Shown here: positions 1 through 9,017 of the stretch, piece by piece
Layout of the letters: each line of letters opens with the position of its first letter
Numbering within the stretch: the stretch's first letter is position 1
From: Myxococcota bacterium
GTDB taxonomy: Bacteria > Myxococcota_A > UBA796 > CAJQPC01
Assembly: GCA_036012755.1 (NCBI GenBank)
Contig: DASCPX010000070.1
Location: 96,001-160,000, forward strand
Direction of reading: 5' to 3'
DNA length: 64,000 nucleotides
The notes under the pieces: model-generated
What the model was told of the DNA's origin: nothing
What the model saw: the letters and a program-made list of their open reading frames with translations, nothing else
Database searches by the model: none
Translations under genes and position numbers: made by a program

Positions 1-215
1 TCGCTCACGTCGAAGTCGAAGTAGACCTTGTTGAAGTTGTCGACGATGGTCTGCACGTGCTGCGGGATTGTCGACGCGTCCTCGCTGCCGGAGCCGTCCG
101 TACCGTCCGCCGTGCCGTCCGTGAGCTCGGGCGGGACCTCTGTGACCTCGCCCTTGTTGCGCTTGCAGGTCGCGGCCATGGTCAGTGTCAGGAACAAGAG
201 CGTGGTGATGCGCAT
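1..215 (-). CDS. Pal/OmpA-family peptidoglycan-associated lipoprotein, 5' part (runs off the window)
   Basis: Not in the ORF track. Manual translation from ATG at 215: MRITTLLFLTLTMAATCKRNK...NFNKVYFDFDVS. Lipoprotein-type Cys, VYFDFD motif typical of Pal/OmpA-C, and an AGGAGG RBS at 225-230. Confidence 0.7.
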   Translation of the reverse strand, partial: MRITTLLFLTLTMAATCKRNKGEVTEVPPELTDGTADGTDGSGSEDASTIPQHVQTIVDNFNKVYFDFDVS

Positions 216-302
216 GCTGGGATGCCTCCTATTCAGGATCCTATCGTGATCTTCAAGAGTTCGCACCGATCTTGGGCGTGATGGAATAGCCTCGCACTTG
301 TC

Positions 303-1292
303 ATGTCGACACCGCCTCTCCATCACTGGTCGGAACTGGCCGGACTGCCATGGCGGCCGCTGTCCGGCGGCTTGATCAACAACACCTGGGTCGTCGGGGT
401 TCCTCCTGTCGCGGTCGTGCAGGAGCTCAACCCGATCTTCCCGCCCCGCGTGAACGAGGACATAGAGGCCGTCACCGCTCACGTCGCCTCGCGGGGCATG
501 TGCACGCCGCGGCTGCTCACAACGGTCGGAGGCGAGCTCTGCTCGGGTCGGTGGCGGGCCCTGAGCTTCGTGCCCGGGCAGACCTTCGACAAGCTCTCCG
601 AGCCGCGCGTGGCGGCCGCTGCCGGCGCCCTGGTCGCCCGCTGGCACCGGGCCACCAGCGACCTCGAGCACGACTTCGCCTTCTCTCGGCCCCTGGCCCA
701 TCACACGCCTCACCACATGACCGTGCTGGAGAGCGCCCTGGACGAGCATCGGACACACCGGCTCAGGGGTGACGTCGCCGGGCTCGCAGAGGGCATCCTG
801 GGGGGCTGGCGGAGCTGGCAGGGCGACCTCGACGAGCCGACCCGCGTGGCCCACGGGGACCTCAAGGTCAGCAACCTGCGCTTCGACGAGGAGGGCGGCG
901 GCGTCTGCCTGCTCGACCTGGACACGATGGGGCAGCTGCCGCTGTCGGTGGAGCTAGGGGACGCCTGGCGCAGCTGGTGCAACCCCGCCGCAGAGGACGT
1001 CCTGGACGCCCAGTTCTCCCTCCCGCTCTTCGAGGCCAGCGCCAGGGCCTACCTCGACGTCCACCCACTCTCCGCCGAGCAGCGCGAGCGCCTCCCCGCC
1101 GGCATCGAGCGCATCTGCCTGGAGCTCGCCGCCCGCTTCGCCGCCGACGCCTTGAACGAGACCTACTTCGGCTGGAGCGCCGAGGTCGCCCCCACCAGGG
1201 GCGAGCACAACCTCCTCCGTGCCCGAGGTCAGCTCAGCCTTGCCCGCTCGGTCCGCCGCGAGCGCGCCTCGATCGACTCGCTCATCGCCTGA
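303..1292 (+). CDS. Aminoglycoside-phosphotransferase/choline-kinase-like phosphotransferase
   Basis: GGLINNTW N-lobe, HGDLKVSN catalytic loop, LLDLDT metal-binding motif. Confidence 0.85.
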   Translation: MSTPPLHHWSELAGLPWRPLSGGLINNTWVVGVPPVAVVQELNPIFPPRVNEDIEAVTAHVASRGMCTPRLLTTVGGELCSGRWRALSFVPGQTFDKLSEPRVAAAAGALVARWHRATSDLEHDFAFSRPLAHHTPHHMTVLESALDEHRTHRLRGDVAGLAEGILGGWRSWQGDLDEPTRVAHGDLKVSNLRFDEEGGGVCLLDLDTMGQLPLSVELGDAWRSWCNPAAEDVLDAQFSLPLFEASARAYLDVHPLSAEQRERLPAGIERICLELAARFAADALNETYFGWSAEVAPTRGEHNLLRARGQLSLARSVRRERASIDSLIA

Positions 1293-2199
1293 GCAGGGCG
1301 ACGACCTTGCCGAGCACCCCGCCCTCGAGGGCCGTGTGGGCCTCGGACAGGTCCTCGAAGACCCCTCCGACGTGAGCCCTCAACCGTCCCGCCCGGACCT
1401 CCTCCCACATGGCCTGGAGGTCCTCGCGGGTCCCCATCGTCGAGCCGATGAGCTCCTGCTGCTTGAAGAAGAGCACGCGCAGATCGATCTCCACCGTCGC
1501 GCCGGTGGTGGCGCCGCAGGTCACGAGCCGTCCTCTCCAGTCCAGGGCGCGCAGGCTGCGTGGCCAGGTCGCGGCGCCGACGTGCTCGATCACCACGTCG
1601 CTCCTCGGGAAGCGCTCGGCGTCGGAGTCGAGGACCGTGTCGGCGCCGAGCTCGAGGCAGAGCTCGCGCTTGGCCGGGCTCCGGGCCGTCGCCACCACGT
1701 GGCACCCGGCGTTGTGAGCGATCTGGACGGCGAAGTGCCCGACGCCGCTGGTCCCCCCGATGACGAGGACTCGCTCACCCTGCTGGATCCTGGCCTTTCG
1801 CAGCATCTGCCAGGCCGTGAGCGCTGACAGGGCGATGGGCGCCGCGTCCACGGTCGAGAGCCCCTCGGGGATGGGCAGCAGGCTCTCCTCGGGCACTGAA
1901 ACGAGCTCGCGGTACCAGCCGTCGATGGACTCCCCGCGGATGTGGCCGTCGAGGGTCTGGGGGGCCAGGGCGACCCGCTGACCGGTGTCGACGACGACCC
2001 CGGCTGCGTCCGAGCCGGGTACCAGCGGCAGGGGGAAGCGATGGCCCGGGACCCCTCGGCGGACCCAGAGATCCAGGTGGTTGAGACCCACCGCCTCGAC
2101 GCGCACGAGCACTTCGCCCTCGGCCGGATCCGGGGCCTTCACCTGCTCCTCGATCAGGGCCTCGGTGCCCCCGTGTTCGTGGACGCGGATCTGACGCAT
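1282..2199 (-). CDS. Zinc-binding alcohol dehydrogenase/quinone oxidoreductase (MDR family)
   Basis: Likely start MRQIRVHEHGG at 2199 (GGAG upstream); GLNHLDLW, PGSDAAG, GGTSGVG NAD(P)-binding motif, C-terminal GKVV. Confidence 0.9.
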   Translation of the reverse strand: MRQIRVHEHGGTEALIEEQVKAPDPAEGEVLVRVEAVGLNHLDLWVRRGVPGHRFPLPLVPGSDAAGVVVDTGQRVALAPQTLDGHIRGESIDGWYRELVSVPEESLLPIPEGLSTVDAAPIALSALTAWQMLRKARIQQGERVLVIGGTSGVGHFAVQIAHNAGCHVVATARSPAKRELCLELGADTVLDSDAERFPRSDVVIEHVGAATWPRSLRALDWRGRLVTCGATTGATVEIDLRVLFFKQQELIGSTMGTREDLQAMWEEVRAGRLRAHVGGVFEDLSEAHTALEGGVLGKVVALLRR

Positions 2200-2228
2200 A
2201 GGGGGTCTCCAGGGTGTACAAACCGCGC

Positions 2229-3138
2229 GTGTTGCTCCTATCCCTCGCGCTGGCCTCGCCCCACACGGAGCAGCTCGTCGTCCCGCCTCGCGTGGGGGAG
2301 CGCGTGCCCCCCGGGCCGCCGCCCGAGGTCTGGGTCTACGGCTACTGGGCGTTCTGGGCCGGGGATCTGGAGGACATCGACTGGTCCCGGCTCCACACCC
2401 TCTATCGACTGGCGCGGCGCCTACGACTACGACGAGCTGGCTTTCGCCTCCGACGGTCTGTTCATCATGGGCTACGGCTACCACTCGTCGGGGTCCAACC
2501 CGGGGCCGCTGTCTCCTCTCCACGGCGGGGACCCCTGGTCGCGCTACAGCCTCGAGTGGACCGTCGAGGACTACATCAAGTGGGGCTGTCCTCCGGACAA
2601 GATCATCGTCGGTCTCCCGCTGTATGGCCGCGAGTGGCCCACCACGGACAACTCCGTCCCTGGCACCGCCACCGCGGACAGCAGCTCGGTGACCTTCTCG
2701 AAGGCCTGGACCTACGCCGAGAGCAACGAGACCTTCTACGACACGGTCACCGACACGCCCTACATGTTCCGCAGCTCCACCTCGCAGCTCTGGTACGACG
2801 ACACCGACAGCATCGGGGTCAAGATCGCCTGGGCGGTGGAGACGGAGCTCCTCGGCGTCGGCTTCTGGGCCCTGAACTACGATGGCGGCGATCCGGACTT
2901 CTGGCAGATGGTGTCTGACCAGACGACCTCTGATGAGCCGGTCGACACGGGCTCGCTGGATTCCGGCACCGACTCGGCCTCCGACTCGGACGCGCGCCCC
3001 GGGCGAGGCTCGTCCTGGGGGGACGAGGACACCCCGCGCGCCTGCGGCTGCGACGGCAGCGGTGGTCTCGGCGCGGCCTGGGTCCTGACACTGATCCTCG
3101 TGTCCCGGTCCAGGCGCAGGGCTCCTGACGACAGTTAG
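2229..3138 (+). pseudogene. GH18-family glycoside hydrolase with MYXO-CTERM-like tail, disrupted by an internal deletion/frameshift near 2395
   Basis: One frame gives signal peptide + VYGYWAFW..IDWSRLH; another frame gives IDWRGAYDYDELA..FIMGY..DKIIVGLPLYGREW..WYDD..GVGFWAL + CGC-TM-RRR. The DxxDxDxE catalytic region is in neither piece. Confidence 0.7.
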
Positions 3139-3199
3139 TGATTCCGACCCCTTGGCCAGATGGCACAATGCTTGCTGCAGGGCTGTGACGGAGGCCTGA

Positions 3200-3991
3200 A
3201 TGTCCGTCTTGTTGTTCCTCTCGCCTGCACACGCCGACGCCGACGCCATGGAGCCGGAGTGCAGTCTCGTCACCGTCACCGACACACTTCCCGGCCCAGA
3301 GGCCGTGGGTGTGCCCCTCGATGTGTCCCCGGCCGCTCTCTTCTGGGGTGACTGCGACGGTCCAGACCAGTGGACCCTCGAGATCACAGAGGACGGCGAG
3401 GTCGTTGCCAGCGACGTCTTCGACTTCGACTGGTCCGGGCGCCCCCAGCAGATGCGCCTCCACCTGGACGTCGAGCTCGCCCCCGACACCGACTACGAGC
3501 TCCGCGTCGTCCCCGGCGAGGGTGGCTACTCCGAGCCCGCGACCGTCGGCTTCACCACGGGCACAGAGCTCTCCGGTGGCCTCAGCGGCGACCCGCTCAT
3601 CACAGAGGCCGAGGCCTGGTTCTACGACTTCGACACCTCCGTCGAGGTCGGTGGGTCGTTCACGGTCTCCCCTGCCATCGACGCCGATGGGCTCTCACTG
3701 CTCCACTTCGTCGACGAGGACGGCGAGATCCTCCAGACCCGCGTTGTCGGTGATGGAGAGGTCGAGTTCACCGCCCAGACCACCTGGGCGACCTCTGCAC
3801 CCACAGAGGACATCTGCTACTCCGTCTTCCAGGAGGACGCCGCGGGGCTGGCCTCGGCGGTGGAGACGGTCTGCGTCGGCGCCGACGAGCGCTTCGTCGA
3901 GGAAGACAGGCGCGGCTGCTCCACCGGTGGCCTCGCCCCCACGGCGCTCTTCGGTCTCATCGGTCTCCTCGGACTGCGGAGGCGGCGATGA
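3200..3991 (+). CDS. Secreted Ig-like protein with MYXO-CTERM-like sorting tail (paralogue 1 of 4)
   Basis: Short signal peptide, acidic beta-rich body, ends GCSTGGLAPTALFGLIGLLGLRRRR; GGAGG RBS. Confidence 0.8.
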   Translation: MSVLLFLSPAHADADAMEPECSLVTVTDTLPGPEAVGVPLDVSPAALFWGDCDGPDQWTLEITEDGEVVASDVFDFDWSGRPQQMRLHLDVELAPDTDYELRVVPGEGGYSEPATVGFTTGTELSGGLSGDPLITEAEAWFYDFDTSVEVGGSFTVSPAIDADGLSLLHFVDEDGEILQTRVVGDGEVEFTAQTTWATSAPTEDICYSVFQEDAAGLASAVETVCVGADERFVEEDRRGCSTGGLAPTALFGLIGLLGLRRRR

Positions 3992-4710
3992 CGCTCGCGC
4001 TCATCGCGGTGGCCTCCGCGGACATGGAGATCCAGATCTGCGAGGGCCCCCGGGTCATCGCCAGCATCCCCCGGCACGGGGACGTCGAGGTCCCCGTCGA
4101 CCTCGCCCCCGTGCTGGTCTTCGACTACTGCGACGCCAGCCAGACCGCCACGGTCCGTCTCTACGAGGATGACCTGATGGTGCTGGAGGAGGACATCTCG
4201 GAGGACGGTCTCACGACCATCTTCGAGCTGGACTGGGAGCAGTCGGCGGGCAGCAGCTACCACGTCCGCGTGACCCCCAGCGACGGCGGCGAAGAGGTCA
4301 TCATCGACTGGCTCGTCGGTGAGGAGCTGCTCGTCGAGAGCGACATCGGTCCGACGATCAGCAGCGTCGACGAAGACAGAAGCGGCAGGATCGGCACGCT
4401 CTACGCCTACGTGGACCCGGGCCCCCAGCCGAACGAGCTGCCAGCCATCTTCGAACTCCGCGACGACGACGGCGAGGTGCTCGACCGCACCTGGCGGTGG
4501 GACGCCGGCTCCTCGGTCACCCTCTGGGGCGCCTTCTCCGGCGAGCAGCGCTTCGACGCCTGCGTGACCGCCTTCCAGCGCAGCCCCGACGGCGCCTGGC
4601 TCGAGGGGGACACCCACTGCGAGTCGAAGGTCGGCTGCTCCACCGCCGGTGGTGTCGCCTCTCTCTTCGCGGTCCTGCTCAGCCTGCTCGGACTCAGGAG
4701 GCGCAAGTGA
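3988..4710 (+). CDS. Secreted MYXO-CTERM-like protein (paralogue 2)
   Basis: ATGA overlap with the previous gene; VPVDLAP motif; ends GCSTAGG-TM-RRRK. Confidence 0.8.
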   Translation: MTLALIAVASADMEIQICEGPRVIASIPRHGDVEVPVDLAPVLVFDYCDASQTATVRLYEDDLMVLEEDISEDGLTTIFELDWEQSAGSSYHVRVTPSDGGEEVIIDWLVGEELLVESDIGPTISSVDEDRSGRIGTLYAYVDPGPQPNELPAIFELRDDDGEVLDRTWRWDAGSSVTLWGAFSGEQRFDACVTAFQRSPDGAWLEGDTHCESKVGCSTAGGVASLFAVLLSLLGLRRRK

Positions 4711-5456
4711 TCCACCTCCTGATGCTCTCGTCTGCCCACCCCTACGTCGCCGGTGACATGGCTCCGGCGTGCACCTTCGACCGCGTCACGGCGACCCTGC
4801 CTGCTGCGGAGGAGCTCGACGTCGCCACGGACATCGTGCCGACCTTCTTCCTCTCCGACTGCGGTGCTGTGAGCTCTACGGGCACTGCCAGCGTCTACGT
4901 CGACGACGAGCTCGTTCACGAGCAGTCCGTCGAGGACATCGGCGGCGTCTACAGCTTCATCGAGGTCGACGTCCTCCTCGAGCCGGACACGGACTACGAG
5001 ATCTGGCTCGCACCCGACGGTGGAGGCGAGGACACGCTGCTGAGCTTCAGCACGGGGTCGCGCTCCGCCGAACTCGGCGCCGGCGCCCCGGTCGTGGATG
5101 ACGGTGTCGACTGGGAGTGGTACCGCAAGTCCAAGGTGGCGAGCTTCTTCCTGGAGTTCGACGCAGCGGTCGATCCGGAGGGTGTCAGCTACGTCGAGGC
5201 CATCGGACCCGACGACGAGATCTGGGGCACGGTGCTCGTGCTCGGCGAGGGCCCCCACTACCTCAGCGGTGATGTCGCCCAGGAGTCCCGGCCACGGGAT
5301 GTCTGCTTGACCCTGTCCCACCGCCAGGCCGATGGGTCCTTCGTCGAGGGAGACACCGTCTGCGAGGATGGCCGGGTCGGCTGTTCGACTGGGGCCCTTG
5401 GTGCGGCGCTGATGCCGGCGCTGTTCGGCCTCCTGATGCTGCGGAGGCGTAGATGA
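4707..5456 (+). CDS. Secreted MYXO-CTERM-like protein (paralogue 3)
   Basis: GTGA overlap start at 4707 (MIHLLMLSSAHP); ends GCSTGALG-TM-RRRR. Confidence 0.8.
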   Translation: MIHLLMLSSAHPYVAGDMAPACTFDRVTATLPAAEELDVATDIVPTFFLSDCGAVSSTGTASVYVDDELVHEQSVEDIGGVYSFIEVDVLLEPDTDYEIWLAPDGGGEDTLLSFSTGSRSAELGAGAPVVDDGVDWEWYRKSKVASFFLEFDAAVDPEGVSYVEAIGPDDEIWGTVLVLGEGPHYLSGDVAQESRPRDVCLTLSHRQADGSFVEGDTVCEDGRVGCSTGALGAALMPALFGLLMLRRRR

Positions 5457-6196
5457 TCTGGATGAGCCTGGCGCTGGCGGACCCTGCCGCGGACACCGGG
5501 ATCGGCTGCTCCTCGGACTCGCTGTATGCCACGAGCCCGCACAACGACTCCAGCGACGTGCCCGTCGATCTGCTGCCGACCATCTTCTTCTCCGACTGTC
5601 CGGGTGTCGGCGCCAGCGGCCTCGTAGAGGTCCATGTCGACGACGAGCTGGTCCACACAGAGGTCGTCGCTCACGACGGCGAGGGCGACTATTCCTGGGT
5701 GGCCCTCGGCCTGGAGCTGGAGGCGGAGACGTCCTACGTGCTGGTCTACACCCCGGAGGATGGCGGCCAGGAGACGCAGATCGGCTGGACCACCGGGACG
5801 CGCTCGGCGAGCCTGCTGTCCCGCGCACCGGAGCACGAAGAGCCCGTCGAGTGGGGCTGGAACCGCGGCACGGAGAGCGGCAACGTGGTCGTCCACGCCG
5901 ACGCCGCCGGCAGCTCGGAGGGGCCGACCTTCATCGAGGCTCGGGACTCGGAGGGAGAGCTCTGGGGCAACGCGGCACTCGCTGGCAGCCACAACGGCAC
6001 GCTCTACGCCCGAGCCGCCGGCGAGCGTCCAGCGGACGTCTGCCTGACCTTGTGGCAGCGGGACGTCGAGGGGAGCTGGCTCGAGGGCGGCACGGACTGC
6101 CTCGACGGCAAGGCCGGCGGTTGCTCCACCGGGGGCCTCGCCGCAGGACTGCTTCCGGCTATCCTGGGGCTGATCGGGCTCCGGAGACGCAGATGA
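5453..6196 (+). CDS. Secreted MYXO-CTERM-like protein (paralogue 4)
   Basis: ATGA overlap; VPVDLLPTIFFSDC; ends GGCSTGG-TM-RRRR. Confidence 0.8.
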   Translation: MIWMSLALADPAADTGIGCSSDSLYATSPHNDSSDVPVDLLPTIFFSDCPGVGASGLVEVHVDDELVHTEVVAHDGEGDYSWVALGLELEAETSYVLVYTPEDGGQETQIGWTTGTRSASLLSRAPEHEEPVEWGWNRGTESGNVVVHADAAGSSEGPTFIEARDSEGELWGNAALAGSHNGTLYARAAGERPADVCLTLWQRDVEGSWLEGGTDCLDGKAGGCSTGGLAAGLLPAILGLIGLRRRR

Positions 6197-8130
6197 TCCT
6201 GCTCGGGCTGCTCGGCTGTCCGGAGCCCGAACCCATCGAGGGCTGGGATGACGGCCCATGCCTGGAGGCGGCCGAGGAGCTCGGCAAGCTGCCCTGCGTG
6301 CACAACGTGCCCGACCTCGATCACTGGGTGGAGATCACGGTCTCCGCGCAGGCGGTGGACCAGACCCGGGCGACCAAGTGGATGATCCCGGCCGACCAGG
6401 ACGGGATCCCGCCCCTGGTGCTGAACTCGAACGAGTACGAGCTCCACTCCGACATGCTCGCGGAGGCCTTCGCCGACCGCTACCCGGGGCTTCAGCACGC
6501 GGACTACGTGCGCATGGTGCTGGACGACCCGCCTCGGTACTACTCGGGGAACCTGGCCCACTACATCCAGCCCGGCGGCGCTCGCGTCTTCGGCTTCACC
6601 GTCTGGGACGACCCGGCGGACGACTCCACCACCATCACCCTGGACGAGGCCCAGCTGGTCTACCAGGAGCTCCTGGAGATGGTGTCGCTGCGACCGCTGT
6701 TGTTCGTGCCGTCCTCTTCGAACCAGCGGACCGCCGTCGAGGGATGGGGCGACGCCATCCCGGTGCGCTCGGTCGATGGCGTCACCTACGAGCCCTACAC
6801 CCGCGGCTGGGGCTACGGCACGCTCACCCTGGTGGACCTGGAGGACCTCGAGGATGCCGAGTACGGCTTCCAGGACATCCTCGTGCTCGACGAGGCCCCC
6901 CTCGACATAGAGCGCGTCGTCAGCGGTGTCGTCACCGGGACTCGCCAGGCGGAGCTCTCCCACCTCAACGTGCGATCCGCCGCTCGTGGCACCCCGAACT
7001 GCTACCTCGCCGGCGCCCAGGACCAGCTCCGGGCCTGGGAGGGCCAGCTCGTCCAGTTCTGCTGTGGGGCCGACGGCATCGAGATCCGCACGGCGACCCA
7101 GGACGAAGCAGAGGCGTGGTGGGAGTCCATTCGCCCCGAGCCCGTCGAGATCGTGGAGCCGGACTTCTCGGTCGAGGACCTCGTCGGGCTCCTCGACCTC
7201 CCGACCTCCTCGGCGACCGAGCGCGAAGCTGGCGTCGCCGCATACGGCAGCAAGGGCACGAACCTGGCCACGCTCTACCAGCGCATCGACGCCGAACTCC
7301 AGCTGGAGGGTCTCCTGGTTCCGATGTCTGCCTACCAGGCACACCTGGACGACAACGGCATCGGGATCGGAGGTGACCTCGAAGATCTGCGGGCAGCGAT
7401 CGAGCAGGCGCCGAAGGACCCCGAGCTCGTCCTGGATCTCTACGACGCGATCTTGGAGGTCTACGGCGACGACACGACCATGGTGCGGTTCCGGTCATCG
7501 TCGAACGCAGAGGACGCCGTCGGTTTCTCTGGCGCGGGCCTCTACGACTCGGAGAGCGTCTGCGCCGCGGACAGCTTCGACGGCGACGACCTCGGCCCAT
7601 CCCTCTGTGATCCGGATCAGGATGAGGAGAGGACCATCGAAGCTGGCCTCGGGAGTGTCTGGGCCAGCCTCTGGACCGAGCGGGCAGTCGAGGAGCGCGC
7701 CTGGTACGGCATCGACGACGACGACGTCGCCATGGCCATCCTCGTGAACACTCGCAGCGAGGATGAGCAGGCCAACATCGTCGCGTTCACGGGAATCCCC
7801 GGATACTCGAGTGATGACCGGTACATGGTCGAGTCCCAGATCGGTGAGCTCGACGTCGTCTCGAACCGCTCTGGCACCTGGCCCGAGCGAGTGCTGCTGC
7901 AGCTCGATGGGGGCGAGGTCGTGGACATCGACCGGGTGTCAGCCTCCACCGAGGTCGATGTCGTCCTGGAAGACGCCGCGCTCGAGGAGCTGGGGTCGAA
8001 CCTCTGGGACATCGAGCAGATCTTCCCGGTCGATGGCTCGGCCGAAGGCAGGGTGCTGCTCGACACGGAGTGGAAGGTGCTCGCGGATGGGCAGCTGGTC
8101 GTGAAGCAGGTGCGGCCCTTCCTGGACTGA
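6193..8130 (+). CDS. Lipoprotein with PEP-synthase/PPDK-type ATP-grasp domain and phospho-His swivel-like motif
   Basis: Start MILLGLLGC at an ATGA overlap; LSHLNVRSAARGTP (His swivel-like); YGSKG, RFRSSSNAEDAVGFSGAGLY, VWASLW, DTEWK..KQVRP (PPDK_N). Confidence 0.8.
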   Translation: MILLGLLGCPEPEPIEGWDDGPCLEAAEELGKLPCVHNVPDLDHWVEITVSAQAVDQTRATKWMIPADQDGIPPLVLNSNEYELHSDMLAEAFADRYPGLQHADYVRMVLDDPPRYYSGNLAHYIQPGGARVFGFTVWDDPADDSTTITLDEAQLVYQELLEMVSLRPLLFVPSSSNQRTAVEGWGDAIPVRSVDGVTYEPYTRGWGYGTLTLVDLEDLEDAEYGFQDILVLDEAPLDIERVVSGVVTGTRQAELSHLNVRSAARGTPNCYLAGAQDQLRAWEGQLVQFCCGADGIEIRTATQDEAEAWWESIRPEPVEIVEPDFSVEDLVGLLDLPTSSATEREAGVAAYGSKGTNLATLYQRIDAELQLEGLLVPMSAYQAHLDDNGIGIGGDLEDLRAAIEQAPKDPELVLDLYDAILEVYGDDTTMVRFRSSSNAEDAVGFSGAGLYDSESVCAADSFDGDDLGPSLCDPDQDEERTIEAGLGSVWASLWTERAVEERAWYGIDDDDVAMAILVNTRSEDEQANIVAFTGIPGYSSDDRYMVESQIGELDVVSNRSGTWPERVLLQLDGGEVVDIDRVSASTEVDVVLEDAALEELGSNLWDIEQIFPVDGSAEGRVLLDTEWKVLADGQLVVKQVRPFLD

Positions 8131-8239
8131 GTCCCACACCCCATCGAGGCGAATTCGCAGCTTCGATGCCGATCCCTCCGGATTGCGCGCTGGCGAGGAA
8201 CGTGCGAAAACGCGCCTGGAAATCCACCCGGAGCCCAAC

Positions 8240-8614
8240 ATGCGCCTTGCCGCCGCCCTCTTCCTCGTCCCGCTCGTTGCTTGCGGGACCGCCGAGACCC
8301 CTCCCGAGCCGCCTGCGCCGACAGTTGAGCCAGCCCCGCCAGCGGAGGAGGCCCAGCCTGCGGAGGCAGCCGAGCCCGCCGAAGCAGAAGCGGCGGCAAG
8401 CTACTCCTGCGCGATGCACCCCGAGGTGACCTCTGCCGAGGCAGGGGCGTGCTCGGAGTGCGGAATGGACCTCGTCGCGGTCGAGCCCGCCGAAGAGGCT
8501 GAGGGAGAGGCTGAGGGAGAGGCCGAGCCCGCCGAGGAGGCTGCCGAGGAGGCTGCCGAGGAGGCTGCCGAGGAGGCTGCCGAGGAGCCCGCAGCAGAGC
8601 CCGAAGGGACCTGA
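8240..8614 (+). CDS. Lipoprotein with a single heavy-metal-binding domain (HMBD) in acidic linkers
   Basis: Lipobox LVAC; YSCAMHPEV..GACSECGMDLV resembles YxCPMHP..GxCPxCGM; AEEA repeats. Confidence 0.8.
   Translation: MRLAAALFLVPLVACGTAETPPEPPAPTVEPAPPAEEAQPAEAAEPAEAEAAASYSCAMHPEVTSAEAGACSECGMDLVAVEPAEEAEGEAEGEAEPAEEAAEEAAEEAAEEAAEEPAAEPEGT
8531..8590 (+). repeat. Tandem 12-bp coding repeat GCCGAGGAGGCT (AEEA)n
   Basis: About five consecutive copies visible inside the HMBD lipoprotein gene. Confidence 0.85.
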
Positions 8615-8681
8615 GAGCTGTAGTCCGCGCCTTCGCCGGCACCCGAGCAGATCGGGTGCGCGGCGGAGCTGACTCTGCTGG

Positions 8682-9017
8682 TCAGCCCGTCACGGACAGG
8701 GCCATGAGCCGCACCTGGGCCATGCGGGCCTCCTGGACCCAAGCCGGTGTGAGCGCCCGTCCTTCCCAGCGCTCGAGCACCTGGGCGAGGCGTGTGATGA
8801 CCCCGATGCGAAGCTCCTGCACGGGACCACGCTCCAAGACGGGACTGCCCACCTGCCAGAGCTTGTAGCGCCCCGGGTCCTCTGTCGGGCGGGGGTCGAT
8901 GAGCCAGCGCGTACCCTCGTCGGGGAGGATCTCGATGATGCGACCATCGGCGATGGAGTGGCCGACATGCCCAAGGTCCTTGGCAGCCACCGCGTCCAGG
9001 GCGGTGCTCAGACTCAC
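8682..9017 (-). CDS. Hypothetical protein, third gene of the DUF4157 toxin operon
   Basis: GTG start at 9017 overlaps the TGA of the upstream gene; about 111 aa. Confidence 0.55.
   Translation of the reverse strand: MSLSTALDAVAAKDLGHVGHSIADGRIIEILPDEGTRWLIDPRPTEDPGRYKLWQVGSPVLERGPVQELRIGVITRLAQVLERWEGRALTPAWVQEARMAQVRLMALSVTG

Noticed and set aside
1282..3489. Long N-terminal extensions in the ORF track (also 16097-18523, 19979-22717, 22651-25464, 31019-33709, 41493-43865, 54550-55986)
   Set aside because: The extensions overlap other real genes; starts were reassigned using RBS, -10 boxes or stop/start overlaps.
8500..8600. Short tandem repeats as a CRISPR or regulatory array
   Set aside because: They are spacerless in-frame repeats encoding an AEEA/AEGE linker.
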